DNA from: a virus
DNA: 64,000 nt
Virus record (IMG/VR): IMGVR_UViG_3300018022_000004
Strand: one strand, 5' to 3'
Below, piece after piece: positions 1 to 10,076 of the stretch. The notes under the pieces are model-generated. The model was not told the origin of the DNA. It ran no database searches and was given only the letters and a program-made list of their open reading frames with translations. The translations under genes were made by a program, and so were the position numbers. Numbering within the stretch: the first letter of the stretch is position 1; every line of letters begins with the position of its first letter.

Positions 1-53
1 TACTTTCAGGCCGTAGTGCTGGAAGTAGACGAGAACCTGGGGGAGCCAACACC

Positions 54-590
54 ATGAAGCGGTTGCAGGACAAGGACTACGAGAACTACGACTACGACTC
101 CAGGCTCGAAGGCAGGGGGCCGGAGAGGCTCAGGCCGAAGGATATAGACTGCCTTGCCCCCTACGAGTACATGTGTGACGGCTTCCTGACCTGGGAGTGC
201 GGCAGGTGCGGCAAGGAGCACTCCACCCGCATGTTCAAGACGGCAGGGGTGGTGATACGGTGCGGGCGGGAAGCATTCACCTACGATGCCCGCCTGGAGA
301 AGACCGGCGTGCGCTACGAGGACGGCTGCGGGGCCAGGAACCTGCTGGTCCGCACCAACTGCCTGGAGATAAACGAGATGCTCCAGGGCAAGTGGAGGCA
401 GGACGAGGCGATAAGGGAGAACGAGCGCCTCAGGGGGATAGTGAGGTACAACGAGGAGGTCCTCGCCAGGATTACGAGATTCCTCCAGACGGACCTGGAG
501 AAGGCCCTGAAGGACTCCCTCTACCGCCTCAAGACCTCTATCGAGACGGAGATGAAGAAGGCCGCCGGTCCGGACGGGGAGAAGGCATAA
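54..590 (+). CDS. hypothetical protein with CxxC pairs and coiled-coil C-terminus
   Basis: 178-aa ORF; CGRC motif; genome-typical codon usage. Confidence 0.7.
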   Translation: MKRLQDKDYENYDYDSRLEGRGPERLRPKDIDCLAPYEYMCDGFLTWECGRCGKEHSTRMFKTAGVVIRCGREAFTYDARLEKTGVRYEDGCGARNLLVRTNCLEINEMLQGKWRQDEAIRENERLRGIVRYNEEVLARITRFLQTDLEKALKDSLYRLKTSIETEMKKAAGPDGEKA

Positions 591-760
591 TGGCCAGGAA
601 GGGCAGGTACGAGGCAGCGATGAAGGCCATCAGGGCGGTGTTCAGCGACACCGGCCAGAGCCTCAGCGCCACCCGCACGGACCTGAAGGCCCTCAGGGAC
701 GAGATTGACGTGCTGCTCGACGCCATAAAGAACGACATCAGGCAGGAGGAGGGGGAATGA
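590..760 (+). CDS. small hypothetical protein (56 aa)
   Basis: ATG overlaps the upstream TAA; its TGA overlaps the next ATG. Confidence 0.65.
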   Translation: MARKGRYEAAMKAIRAVFSDTGQSLSATRTDLKALRDEIDVLLDAIKNDIRQEEGE

Positions 761-2016
761 GGATAGAGAGCCTCCTGGACACAGGCAGGCTGGCCCGCCT
801 TGTAGAGGAGGGGTACATCGTCCAGAACCCCCACCCCACCCTGCCCCTGCGCATCCTCAACTACAGCCACAAGTGCATGTTCGAGAACAAGTGGCCCTAC
901 GAGGCGTGCGTCTGCCGGGGGCTTATCGTGGACACGGAGGGCAACGTCGTGTCCCGGCCGTTCCCCAAGTTCTTCAACATCGGCCAGAAGGGGCCGTACA
1001 TCTACCGGGACGGCGACCAGAGGCTAGTCAGGGACGAGGTCTACGACGCCGCCTTCCTGCTCAGGAAGTCCGAGGCATGGAAGTCCCCTATCACCATAAC
1101 CCGCAAGCTGGACGGCTGGCTGGGCATCTTGTGGCACTACGGCGGCCAGTGGGGCATCGCCAGCCGTGGGTCCTTCGAGTCCCCCGGCGCAGCCTACGCC
1201 ACGCAGAGGTTCCAGAAGTTCGTCAAGTACACGGCAGTGGACGACATACCGCCCGGCATCACCCTGCTCTTCGAGATAATCTCCAGGGAGACCAAGGTAG
1301 TGGTCCCCTATGCCTTCGAGGGGCTGGTAATGCTCGCCGCCGTGGACAACGGCACGGGGGAGGAGTACCCCTACGACGACCTCCAGGCCCTCTACCGCAG
1401 GCTGAACCAGTACGCCGTAGACCACCCCTGGTGCAGGCTGGTGGAGAGGTTCGACAAGACGGTCGAGGAGTGCATGGTGGACGACGACATGGAGCAGGAG
1501 GGCTATGTCGCCGCCGTCTACCGCAAGGGGCTGCCGCCGGTGAGGGCCAAGGTCAAGCTGGCGGAGTACTGCCGCCTGCACCGGATACTCACGCACGTGA
1601 CGCCGCAGAAGATATGGGCGGAGCTTGCCTACCCCATGGCCCCGTGGACGCACCACAACAGCCGGAGGGACTGGGAGAAGGACGAGATAAAGCACGACAT
1701 GCTCCTACCCAAGGACTTCACGGCATGGGTCAGGCGGTGGCACGGCGAGCTTGCCCGGCAGTTCCACGGCAGGCTCCTCCTGGCGCTGGACGCCCTCACG
1801 GCGGTAGGGGCGCTCGTAGGCGATACCGGGAGCAAGGAGAAGGAGGAGGCCGCCTGGAAGGCGGTACGGGGGTCGGGGAGGTACGACGCCGACACCCTGC
1901 GGGCGGCAGGACGCCTTGCCCACAGCAAGACGGCCGAGGCATACGAGGGGCTGTGGGACCTCGTCCGGCCGCACGGCAGGCAGGACTCGTTCTATGCGGA
2001 CGGGAAGGGGGAGTAG
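757..2016 (+). CDS. T4 Rnl1-like ATP-dependent RNA ligase
   Basis: Adenylation motif RKLDG; ILNYS, CRGLIVD, RPFPKFFN, LLFEII, EGYV, KVK motifs. Confidence 0.85.
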   Translation: MRIESLLDTGRLARLVEEGYIVQNPHPTLPLRILNYSHKCMFENKWPYEACVCRGLIVDTEGNVVSRPFPKFFNIGQKGPYIYRDGDQRLVRDEVYDAAFLLRKSEAWKSPITITRKLDGWLGILWHYGGQWGIASRGSFESPGAAYATQRFQKFVKYTAVDDIPPGITLLFEIISRETKVVVPYAFEGLVMLAAVDNGTGEEYPYDDLQALYRRLNQYAVDHPWCRLVERFDKTVEECMVDDDMEQEGYVAAVYRKGLPPVRAKVKLAEYCRLHRILTHVTPQKIWAELAYPMAPWTHHNSRRDWEKDEIKHDMLLPKDFTAWVRRWHGELARQFHGRLLLALDALTAVGALVGDTGSKEKEEAAWKAVRGSGRYDADTLRAAGRLAHSKTAEAYEGLWDLVRPHGRQDSFYADGKGE

Positions 2017-2634
2017 ATGAACACCGGACTGGTAGTCTTTCTCTTCGTGCTCAACTTTGCAATCTCGTGGTTCAACGCCTGGGCAGTCGGCAGGTCATGG
2101 CTGGAGTCGAAGGCCGCCGGGGGGTTCGTCCACCTCGTCACATGGTGCGGGGCGGTGATGTCCGCCTCCGGCTTCACATGGTGCTACAGCATCCTCCTGG
2201 CCCTCGGGGCCGCCAACCTGCCGTACAAGGGGCATATGCTCCTGCCGCCCAGGTACGCCATGGCGGTGCTGGAGCTGGGGTACCTCGTCGTCATCCTGCC
2301 CGTCATCGGCTCGGGCATCGGGATACTCATATCTAGCTGGCAGAACTTCATGCGGAGCCGCAGCCTGTTCCACGGGGGGGTGGCGGGGTACAACACCTTC
2401 GCCAACGTCTACAACATCTACAACGCCAGCCGGGCGGTCCCGATGGTGCTCAAGGACATCGTCGGGCTGCTCGGCAAGGGGGACAAGGACAAGAACTGGC
2501 TGGTCATCCTCCTGGTCGCCCTGGCTGTCCTGGGCGGGGCGGTGACCACCTTCGCCATCGTCCGGGCGTCGGCCCGTGCGAAGGCCTACAAGGTCAGCTA
2601 CGAGCTGAACCGTGGCAATGCAAGAGCATACTGA
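2017..2634 (+). CDS. multi-pass membrane protein
   Basis: Several hydrophobic segments in a 205-aa ORF. Confidence 0.75.
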   Translation: MNTGLVVFLFVLNFAISWFNAWAVGRSWLESKAAGGFVHLVTWCGAVMSASGFTWCYSILLALGAANLPYKGHMLLPPRYAMAVLELGYLVVILPVIGSGIGILISSWQNFMRSRSLFHGGVAGYNTFANVYNIYNASRAVPMVLKDIVGLLGKGDKDKNWLVILLVALAVLGGAVTTFAIVRASARAKAYKVSYELNRGNARAY

Positions 2635-2645
2635 TGGAGGGATAA

Positions 2646-3830
2646 ATGTCGCATTTCTCTGTTCTGGTCATAGGCAGCAGCGTCGAGGAGCAGCTTGCCC
2701 CGTACCATGAGTTCGAGTGTACCGGGAAGGACAACGAGTTCGTACAGGAGGTCGATGTCACGGAAGAGGCGAGGGCCGAGTACGCCGCCCACGAGTCCAC
2801 CTACTACCAGGACCCGGAGGGGGTCCTGCACCCCCGGTTCACCCCCGAGGGCGAGTGGGACCAGCGGTTCTGGCGTGACCCTACCCCTGAGGAAGTAGAG
2901 AAGTACAAGCTAGGGAAGGCAGGCATCCTTGACCAGAGGAGCGGCGGGGAGGGCGGGGTCGAGTGGTACACGACCGACTGGAAGGACGGCAGGGGGTACC
3001 GGGCGAAGGTCAAGTGCCTGCCGGAGGGCTGGAAGGAGGTCGAGGCCAAGGATAGCCTCGTGGAGGGCTTCGCCGAGTTCGCCAAGGACTGGTACGGGAG
3101 CCAGGTCGTGCCGTTCGGGGAGGAGCCGGACCTCTCGGAGAAGCACAAGTACGGCTACATCCTGGTGGACGTGGCCGGGAACGTCGTCAGGGTCATCGAC
3201 CGTACCAACCCCAACAAGCACTGGGACTGGTGGCAGGTAGGCGGCAGGTGGAACGGCTTCTTCAAGCTCAGGCCGGGGGCCAAGGGAACGACGGGGGAGC
3301 CGGGGATACAACGCCTCGACCCCGGCTATAGGCCCCCGCCCTGCGGCCGGGCCGACCAGTGCCTCAAGGGGGACATAGACATCGAGGGGATGAAGGACGA
3401 GGCAGGCCTGAGGGCCGCCAAGGAGTACGACAAGTACTCCGCCCTGACTGCCGGGTGCCCGAAGCCCATCACATGGGAAGAGGTGCAGAGGAAGCACACC
3501 AAGGACGGCGAGACCGACTGGGAGAAGGCCCGCAACGAGTACGGCGAGCAGCCGGCCGTAAAGGCCCTCCGCAGCGACCACGACGCCTTCTGGTGGGACC
3601 TCGATGACTTCCAGTGCAGCCGTGGCGAGTATATCGACCGTGCCCGTGCCAACGCCATCAGGACGTTTGCGGTCGTGAAGGACAGCCAGTGGTTCGAGCG
3701 GGGGAGCATGGGCTGGTGGGGATGCGTGTCCGACGAGAAGGACGAGGGCGAGTGGAGCAAGCAGTTCTCCGGGCTTGTTGACTCGCTGCCGGACGACACC
3801 CTGCTCACCGTGGTGGACTGCCATATCTGA
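2646..3830 (+). CDS. phage hypothetical protein (MSHFxVLV...WDWWQVGGRW...VDCH type)
   Basis: 394-aa ORF with GGAGG SD; motif pattern recalled from large-phage hypotheticals. Confidence 0.75.
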   Translation: MSHFSVLVIGSSVEEQLAPYHEFECTGKDNEFVQEVDVTEEARAEYAAHESTYYQDPEGVLHPRFTPEGEWDQRFWRDPTPEEVEKYKLGKAGILDQRSGGEGGVEWYTTDWKDGRGYRAKVKCLPEGWKEVEAKDSLVEGFAEFAKDWYGSQVVPFGEEPDLSEKHKYGYILVDVAGNVVRVIDRTNPNKHWDWWQVGGRWNGFFKLRPGAKGTTGEPGIQRLDPGYRPPPCGRADQCLKGDIDIEGMKDEAGLRAAKEYDKYSALTAGCPKPITWEEVQRKHTKDGETDWEKARNEYGEQPAVKALRSDHDAFWWDLDDFQCSRGEYIDRARANAIRTFAVVKDSQWFERGSMGWWGCVSDEKDEGEWSKQFSGLVDSLPDDTLLTVVDCHI

Positions 3831-3964
3831 GGAGTGCCATGTGCCAGCTCTGACCCCAGGCAGCGGCGACGGTCGTTGCCACTATCGGGACAGCATCGGT
3901 GTGGTGGCGGTACTACGGACACCGAGTGGCTCGGGCGCTGCCGTTCAGGAGAGGTGTGCATAGC

Positions 3965-4351
3965 ATGAGCAAGGAACCGTGCAAGTCCTGCCTTGGGGAA
4001 CACGAGCCTGCCCCGCCCGGCATATACTTCGACTTCAAGGGCTGGAGGTTCACGCCGCCCTTCCACTGCATGTGCTGCGGGGCGGAAACCTGCTACAAGC
4101 AGTGGGCCTACGGGCGTAGCTGCGGAACCTGCGACACAGGGGCATGCCAGGCCCGCCGTCTGCACAGCCGCCTGCACGAAGGGAAGGTCTACTACGGCAA
4201 TGCCGTACTAATCAACGAGGAAGAGGCCAGCAGGTTCGGCCTTACGCCGGACCGCATGGCGAGGGTAGGGGAGGTAGCGCCAGAAGAGTGGGTACATGAT
4301 ACATGGCCGTTCCTCCAGGAGAAAGCAGCCGAGGAGAGAGATGAGTCGTAG
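3965..4351 (+). CDS. Cys-rich hypothetical protein
   Basis: Several CxxC motifs. Confidence 0.6.
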   Translation: MSKEPCKSCLGEHEPAPPGIYFDFKGWRFTPPFHCMCCGAETCYKQWAYGRSCGTCDTGACQARRLHSRLHEGKVYYGNAVLINEEEASRFGLTPDRMARVGEVAPEEWVHDTWPFLQEKAAEERDES

Positions 4352-4886
4352 CCGGTTTTGGCTCCACTACGTGTTCCACGATGTACATGACGCCGGGCAG
4401 GTCTTCTGCGGGAAGCTCATGGGAATCCTCAAGGAGAGGTTCCCGGAGGAGGCCCTCCTGGAGGTCCCGATACCCTACAGGAAGGGGGAGGATGCCCCCC
4501 CTGACGCCCTGCTGGAGACAGAGGCGTCCCTGGCCCCCCGTACTCTGCTCATAGGCATCGGAACGGGGGGGATGGTCGCCTACAATACCCAGCGCAGGGA
4601 GAGCTTCCACGGCTCGTCCCTCATAGCCTTCTGCCCCCCTCCCGGCATAGCCTGCGACTCCTCGGACGGCCCCAGGGCCATATTCTACGGCTCCAAGAAC
4701 GGGGTATACGGCACCTCCCTGCTCCAGAGGTCCGTCAAGGGGTGCCGTCCCCCCGCCCAGATGTACGGCCTGCCGTCGCTCATGCACGGCCCCAGGCTGG
4801 CCCTCTACGCCATCGCCTACCTGGTCGGGGAGTACATGGGGGCAGAGGACCTCTCCAGGGCTGCGACAGGGGTGAGCGGGAGGTAG
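4341..4886 (+). CDS. hypothetical protein, possibly degenerate alpha/beta hydrolase fold
   Basis: LLIGIGTGGMVA resembles GxSxG without the Ser. Confidence 0.45.
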   Translation: MSRSRFWLHYVFHDVHDAGQVFCGKLMGILKERFPEEALLEVPIPYRKGEDAPPDALLETEASLAPRTLLIGIGTGGMVAYNTQRRESFHGSSLIAFCPPPGIACDSSDGPRAIFYGSKNGVYGTSLLQRSVKGCRPPAQMYGLPSLMHGPRLALYAIAYLVGEYMGAEDLSRAATGVSGR

Positions 4887-4944
4887 CCCGCTGGCCTATC
4901 CCCAAATCCACATTATTAGTATCTTTAGTAGGACGGAGGCCCCT

Positions 4945-5238
4945 ATGGCAAGGGTGTTCCTGAGGGTCAATGGCATCGGCATATCCAGGGCATGGGTAAG
5001 GAACCGCCTGGAGGACGGCTCCCCGTTCGGCAGGCCGGAGGTGGTGATAGAGGTGCCCTCTACCGAGAACCTGCCGGGCCTGGGGGAGATTACCCTCGTG
5101 GACCGGCGAAGTTCTGGACTACCTGACTTCAAGGTAGAGATAAGGCGCAGCGGGGAGAAGGAGTGGAAGGACATCACCCCTGGGGAGCTTGCCTCCCTCC
5201 TCGCCGGGAGCCCCCATGGCCAAGAGACGGGACCCTGA
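4945..5238 (+). CDS. hypothetical protein
   Basis: 97-aa ORF with SD. Confidence 0.6.
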   Translation: MARVFLRVNGIGISRAWVRNRLEDGSPFGRPEVVIEVPSTENLPGLGEITLVDRRSSGLPDFKVEIRRSGEKEWKDITPGELASLLAGSPHGQETGP

Positions 5239-5467
5239 CAGCATCGACGAGCTTCTGTTCCACGACGGCTTCCCCGAGGAGGAGGAAGAGGGGGGGGACT
5301 ACCTCCTGGACGAGCCTAAGGAGGCCTCGGAGGAAGAGGACGAGGACGACCTCCTGCCCGAGCTGGAGATAGGGGAGGACGGCCATATAGTCCCCCGGCA
5401 CCGCAAGAGGGGGAGCAGGGAGGAGGACGAGGAGGAAAGCCCTATCGTCCTGGACTGGGACGAATAA
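5216..5467 (+). CDS. small highly acidic protein
   Basis: E/D-rich 83-aa ORF. Confidence 0.6.
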   Translation: MAKRRDPDSIDELLFHDGFPEEEEEGGDYLLDEPKEASEEEDEDDLLPELEIGEDGHIVPRHRKRGSREEDEEESPIVLDWDE

Positions 5468-5477
5468 GGAGACGGAC

Positions 5478-5702
5478 ATGGAAGACATACGCCTGGAGAG
5501 GGACAGCCCGCCGGTGAAGATTGTCCTGAGGGAGGGGACGCTGGTGGTACACCCCACGAGCAGCGTCCAGAGGAACACCAACCGGGCGGTGGTCTACTTC
5601 ATCCCCAACCCCGGCTACAGCCTTGAGCCTGAGGACACGGGGCACGGCCTGCACGTCTACTTCAGGCCCCCCAGGGAAGAGGCACGCCTCATCCAGTGGT
5701 AA
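5478..5702 (+). CDS. hypothetical protein
   Basis: 74-aa ORF with GGAG SD. Confidence 0.6.
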   Translation: MEDIRLERDSPPVKIVLREGTLVVHPTSSVQRNTNRAVVYFIPNPGYSLEPEDTGHGLHVYFRPPREEARLIQW

Positions 5703-5728
5703 CGGCCTACCGCCGGTATTAGCCTGTA

Positions 5729-7735
5729 ATGAGCAACGAGCAGGCATGCCCGCTGGTCACGGACTACACCCGCCTGGTAGGCATACCCGACGACCTCCTG
5801 GAGCGCCTGTACCTCGTCAGGAGGTGGGACCTCCAGCTAGACGACGAGGGCAACTCCCGCAACCCCATCCCCTTCAAGTGGCCCTCCCTCTTCCGCACCC
5901 GCATACTCAACCTTAACACAGGGCAGGAGGACGAGGACAACCCCCTTGTCCTCAAGCAGTACCAGGTACAGATAGTCCACCACCTGGTCAGGATGCACAG
6001 GTTCATGGTCGGGGACGCCGTGGGCCTCAAGAAGACCTGCGACGTCATAGCCGCCGTCTGCTGGCTCAAGGAGCGCATCCCGGACGTCAAGGCGCTGGTC
6101 GTCACCACCAAGTCCACGACCTGGCAGTGGCACGACGAGGTACGCCGCTTCAGCAGGCTGCGCCCCTTCGTCATGGTGGACTCCTACAAGGGGGAGACCT
6201 CCTACGCTGCCCGGCACCAGCAGCTCAGGGACTTCCTGGCGGGGGGCAAGAAGGACATCCTTATCGGCAAGTACAGCAGCATGATAGGGGCCAGGAGGAG
6301 GGTAGGGGGGCAGTTCGACGAGGACGGCAGGCCAGCCCCGGACAAGCTGGAGGCGGTATCCTCCGAGATAAGGGAGTTCGCAAGGATACTCAGGCAGTAC
6401 GGGAGCCGGGTGGTCCTGGTCTTCGACGAGGCGCACAGGTTCAAGACCCCCGGCTCCCAGACCAGGGCGCTGGTCACCAACCTCCAGAGGCCCTGCAAGT
6501 GGGTATGGGCGCTTACCGGGACGGCGTTCAAGAACTCCGCCGACGAGTTCTACTCCTCCATGAGCGCCCTGGGCGTAAAGCCCTTCGGGAGCATGTGGGA
6601 CTTCGGGGAGGAGTTCTGCATCTACCACAAGCAGTACGTCGGCAGGGGCATCCACAAGCGGGTCCTGGACGGCTACAAGAACATGGAGGGGTTCAAGAGG
6701 GGGATGCGCCCCTTCTACCTAGGGAGGTCGCAGGCCCAGGTCAAGGAGCCTCTGCCCAAGCTCCAGACCACCTACCACCCCGTTGACCTGGACGAGAGGC
6801 AGACCAAGCTGCTGCTGGAGGACATCCCGAGCGGCACCTTCGTGCTCCCCCCCACCCTGGTGAACGTGGCGGGGGAGATATTCGAGAAGGAGCGTGACCC
6901 CAGCAACGCCATGACCATGCTGAGCGTCCAGCAGCTCGTGGCCAACCACTGGGGCCTCCTGGACAGGGAGGACGAGAGGTCCTTCTACTCCCCCGTGCTC
7001 TCGCCCAAGGAGGAGGCGCTCCTGGACCTGCTGGACGGCGACCTGAAGGGCGAGAAGGTCATCGTATTCACCAAGTTCCTCAGGCACATAGACCGCCTGG
7101 ACCGCCTGACCAGGACGGGGAAGTTCACCTCCCGGCGCTTCCTGCGCATTACCGGCAACGAGGACGAGAGGCAGAGGAACGCCGCCAAGCGGCTGTTCCA
7201 GGAGTCGCCGGACCACGACCTGATATTCATCAACGCCGCTGGCATCGAGGGGCTGAACCTCCAGCAGGCGGCCCACATGGTATGCCTGGACCTGCCCTGG
7301 TCCTGGGGCGACCTCATCCAGCTCGTCGGCAGGATGGTCAGGTCCGCCTCCCCCCACTCCCTCTGCACCCTGCACGTCGTCATAGCCAGGGGGACGGTGG
7401 ACGAGTACACCATAGACGTCCTGCTCGGCAAGAAGGGGGTGTTCGAGGTCATCCTCGGGGAGGGCTACTCCGCTGGCCTGCTCGGGGGCAAGGAGGAGCT
7501 GAACCTGGAGTCCGGCATGGACTGCGGGACCGACGAGGAGTTCAAGCTGGAGCTGCTCAGGCACGCCCACCGCAGGGGTTCCTCCCTTAGGAAGTTCCTC
7601 CTGGGGGACAATATAGAGGCAGCCAGGGGGGACGAGGACTACACCATGATTTTCGAGAAGAAACAAGGGAAAACAGGCACGGCGAGTAATAGCAGATGGG
7701 GCTTGGCCATGCAGGAGGAGGAGCCGCTCGGGTAG
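5729..7735 (+). CDS. SNF2-like superfamily 2 helicase/ATPase
   Basis: GDAVGLKKT (motif I variant), DEAH, TGT, GIEGLNLQQA, QLVGRMVR. Confidence 0.85.
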   Translation: MSNEQACPLVTDYTRLVGIPDDLLERLYLVRRWDLQLDDEGNSRNPIPFKWPSLFRTRILNLNTGQEDEDNPLVLKQYQVQIVHHLVRMHRFMVGDAVGLKKTCDVIAAVCWLKERIPDVKALVVTTKSTTWQWHDEVRRFSRLRPFVMVDSYKGETSYAARHQQLRDFLAGGKKDILIGKYSSMIGARRRVGGQFDEDGRPAPDKLEAVSSEIREFARILRQYGSRVVLVFDEAHRFKTPGSQTRALVTNLQRPCKWVWALTGTAFKNSADEFYSSMSALGVKPFGSMWDFGEEFCIYHKQYVGRGIHKRVLDGYKNMEGFKRGMRPFYLGRSQAQVKEPLPKLQTTYHPVDLDERQTKLLLEDIPSGTFVLPPTLVNVAGEIFEKERDPSNAMTMLSVQQLVANHWGLLDREDERSFYSPVLSPKEEALLDLLDGDLKGEKVIVFTKFLRHIDRLDRLTRTGKFTSRRFLRITGNEDERQRNAAKRLFQESPDHDLIFINAAGIEGLNLQQAAHMVCLDLPWSWGDLIQLVGRMVRSASPHSLCTLHVVIARGTVDEYTIDVLLGKKGVFEVILGEGYSAGLLGGKEELNLESGMDCGTDEEFKLELLRHAHRRGSSLRKFLLGDNIEAARGDEDYTMIFEKKQGKTGTASNSRWGLAMQEEEPLG

Positions 7736-7752
7736 CCTAACCCGGCAGAGAC

Positions 7753-8085
7753 ATGGGCGACCTTTCCATAACATCGGTGACGGTAAGCGTAGAGGCGGCC
7801 GACAAGGAGTATGGCAAGGGAGAGGCCCGGTTCATGAACCTGAAGGGCACCTACAGGGACGAGGGAGTGCCCCTGGCGGACATGGACACCGTGGTAGAGG
7901 ACAGCCTCGACCTGTTCCTGGCGGCATGGAGGTCCCTGCTCTTCGCCAAGTACGCCCAGGGCAGCATGAAGGGGACGGACCTGAAGGCCGCCCTGGACAG
8001 GGCGGCCGAGAAGACGGAGAAGGTCAGGGCATACCTGAGGAAGGAGGCGGATGGGCAGCAGCATCCTGGAGACGCTCAGGGCTGA
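7753..8085 (+). CDS. hypothetical protein
   Basis: 110-aa ORF. Confidence 0.6.
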   Translation: MGDLSITSVTVSVEAADKEYGKGEARFMNLKGTYRDEGVPLADMDTVVEDSLDLFLAAWRSLLFAKYAQGSMKGTDLKAALDRAAEKTEKVRAYLRKEADGQQHPGDAQG

Positions 8086-8815
8086 GGGCCTCCTGGGGGA
8101 CTCGTATATCCTTGAGTGCATCGGGGAGCTTGCCAACAGGCTGTCCTATGCCTCCGAGGGCGAGGCGGTGTCCTACGAGGACATGTATGCAAGGCTGGCC
8201 CGGGAGGTGGACGAGCTTCCCAAGCTCTCCCTGGACCTGGACATCTCGCCGGGCACCGAGTCCAGGTACAGCATCCAGCTAACCCAGGCCATGGAGCAGG
8301 TAGTGGACAGGTGCGACCAGGTGGTCAGAAAGACCATACTGTTCGAGTCCAGGGTCAAGGATGCAGCCAGCAGGCTCAGGAAGGTGCATGGCGAGTTCGG
8401 AGCCTGGTACTGCCTGGCGGCGGCGGAGCGCCTGGCCCAGGCGGAGGCGCACCTTCCCGCTTTGCAGGTCAAGCAGCTAGCCGACTCGGAGTTCTCCCGC
8501 CTCTCCAGGGGGCTGGACGTATCCATGGACAGCCTGCTGAGCGCCGTCAAGGCCCTCAAGGCGGAGATTACGGAGCACAAGAAGGCGCAGATGGCCAAGT
8601 ACAACATGGGCAAGGACCAGGTCAACGCCTCCTGGACCAGCCATATGCCCGTCTTTAACAACAGCGGCGACATAACCACGGACAGCCCCGGAAGGCTGCT
8701 GGAGGAGGAAGAGGAGGAGCTGCCCCCCGGCTCCCCCCCCGACGACGGCATAAAGGGGACGTTCAAGAAGTTCGGCACCCCCCGCCCGGCACGGGTCGTG
8801 GAGGAGCAGTCATGA
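8051..8815 (+). CDS. coiled-coil hypothetical protein
   Basis: 254-aa helical ORF with SD. Confidence 0.7.
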   Translation: MGSSILETLRAEGLLGDSYILECIGELANRLSYASEGEAVSYEDMYARLAREVDELPKLSLDLDISPGTESRYSIQLTQAMEQVVDRCDQVVRKTILFESRVKDAASRLRKVHGEFGAWYCLAAAERLAQAEAHLPALQVKQLADSEFSRLSRGLDVSMDSLLSAVKALKAEITEHKKAQMAKYNMGKDQVNASWTSHMPVFNNSGDITTDSPGRLLEEEEEELPPGSPPDDGIKGTFKKFGTPRPARVVEEQS

Positions 8816-9012
8816 GAGTCCGGCCCTGTCCTAGCAACCACCTGTCGGTGCTCGGCATACAGGACTATATCGTCGTGGCCAAGGACGGATGGCCGCTGGA
8901 GCTGGTCAAGGGCCGCCCGCTCCTGAACTGGCTGCGCAGGGTGAGGCTGGGGGACCATGCCGAGTGCCGTGCGTGCTTTGAGCAGCGTACGGGCATCAAG
9001 GTGGGCACATAA
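8812..9012 (+). CDS. small hypothetical protein
   Basis: ATGA overlap; CxxC. Confidence 0.55.
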   Translation: MRVRPCPSNHLSVLGIQDYIVVAKDGWPLELVKGRPLLNWLRRVRLGDHAECRACFEQRTGIKVGT

Positions 9013-9470
9013 TGGAAGTAAGGGTCGAGGTAGACCCTACCTTCTGCGGCCCTACACTGGCAGAGCTTGGGGGCACAGTGCAGGACATCCCCGACGACCC
9101 CCTGCCGGTAAGGTGGGAGGGCACCAGGGAGGAGGCAAGGCTGGTAGGGAACCTCCGTGGGTCCCGTAATGTAGTGGTATACGTCCCCTGCCTTGCGGAC
9201 ATGGCTACGGCGGCCTGCGCCCTGGGCGCTCCCCTCCAGGTGGAGGGCAAGAAGGCCATGGAGGCAAGGGACGCCCTGGCAAGCCGCAAGCTATATGACT
9301 GGAAGAGGTACTCGGGCGAGGCAGGGCCGGCAGCGTCGAAGGCCCTGGTGGTCAGGCTGGCGGCCGACGCCGTCCGGCAGGGCATGAGGCCAAAGCTGGC
9401 TCGGATAGCCACGGACGTCCTCCAGGGGAGGGCAAACCCCATGGACGCCGACGTGCTTATGCGCATCTAG
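9012..9470 (+). CDS. hypothetical protein
   Basis: TAATG coupling; 152 aa. Confidence 0.6.
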   Translation: MEVRVEVDPTFCGPTLAELGGTVQDIPDDPLPVRWEGTREEARLVGNLRGSRNVVVYVPCLADMATAACALGAPLQVEGKKAMEARDALASRKLYDWKRYSGEAGPAASKALVVRLAADAVRQGMRPKLARIATDVLQGRANPMDADVLMRI

Positions 9471-9478
9471 GAGGAACC

Positions 9479-9667
9479 ATGTATACCATACTCTCGCTCC
9501 TGTGCCTTGCCGCCCTGTTCGGGCTGATGAGCGGCAGGCTGCACCTTATCACCAGCGGGATAGGGGGGATGGGATGGGAGGACACCGTGCTGGCGGCGAA
9601 GCTCCTCCTCGGATGGCTGAGCATGGCCCTCCTGGCCGAGCATGCCAGGACCAAGAGGCCCTGGTGA
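9479..9667 (+). CDS. small two-TM membrane protein
   Basis: Hydrophobic; GGAGG SD. Confidence 0.6.
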   Translation: MYTILSLLCLAALFGLMSGRLHLITSGIGGMGWEDTVLAAKLLLGWLSMALLAEHARTKRPW

Positions 9668-9706
9668 CCTGAAAGCAGGGCATATGCCCTGGAAGGAGAG
9701 CAGGCT

Positions 9707-10068
9707 ATGGCAAGCTACTGCGACCCGGGAGAGATAAAGGCTGCGGTGGAGATGTGCGCCCCAGGGGCTAAGGCGACCGCTGCCGGGGTGGCCAGCGAGT
9801 GCCAGGCGGCATACACCCCTCCCCCGAAGGCCAACGCCGACCAGGAGTCAAGGCCCGCATCAAGACGGCGGTAAGGGCGGCCCTGTTCCTGAGCTGGGCG
9901 CAGGAGGTCAGGGCAGACCAGGACATAGTCATGTGCGGCATCGACGGCATCGCCAACGGGGCGGCGGTGGAGATAATCCGCACCCTCGGCATGGACCCCT
10001 CCTACGTCAACCTGAGGAAGCCGCCTGTCAGCGACAACATCGGGCACGGCATGCTTATCAACCCGTGA
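9707..10068 (+). pseudogene. hypothetical gene possibly split by a frameshift near 9840
   Basis: SD-led ORF 9707-9874 overlaps a coding-like frame ending at 10068 that has no good start of its own. Confidence 0.35.
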
Positions 10069-10076
10069 GGGGGACA

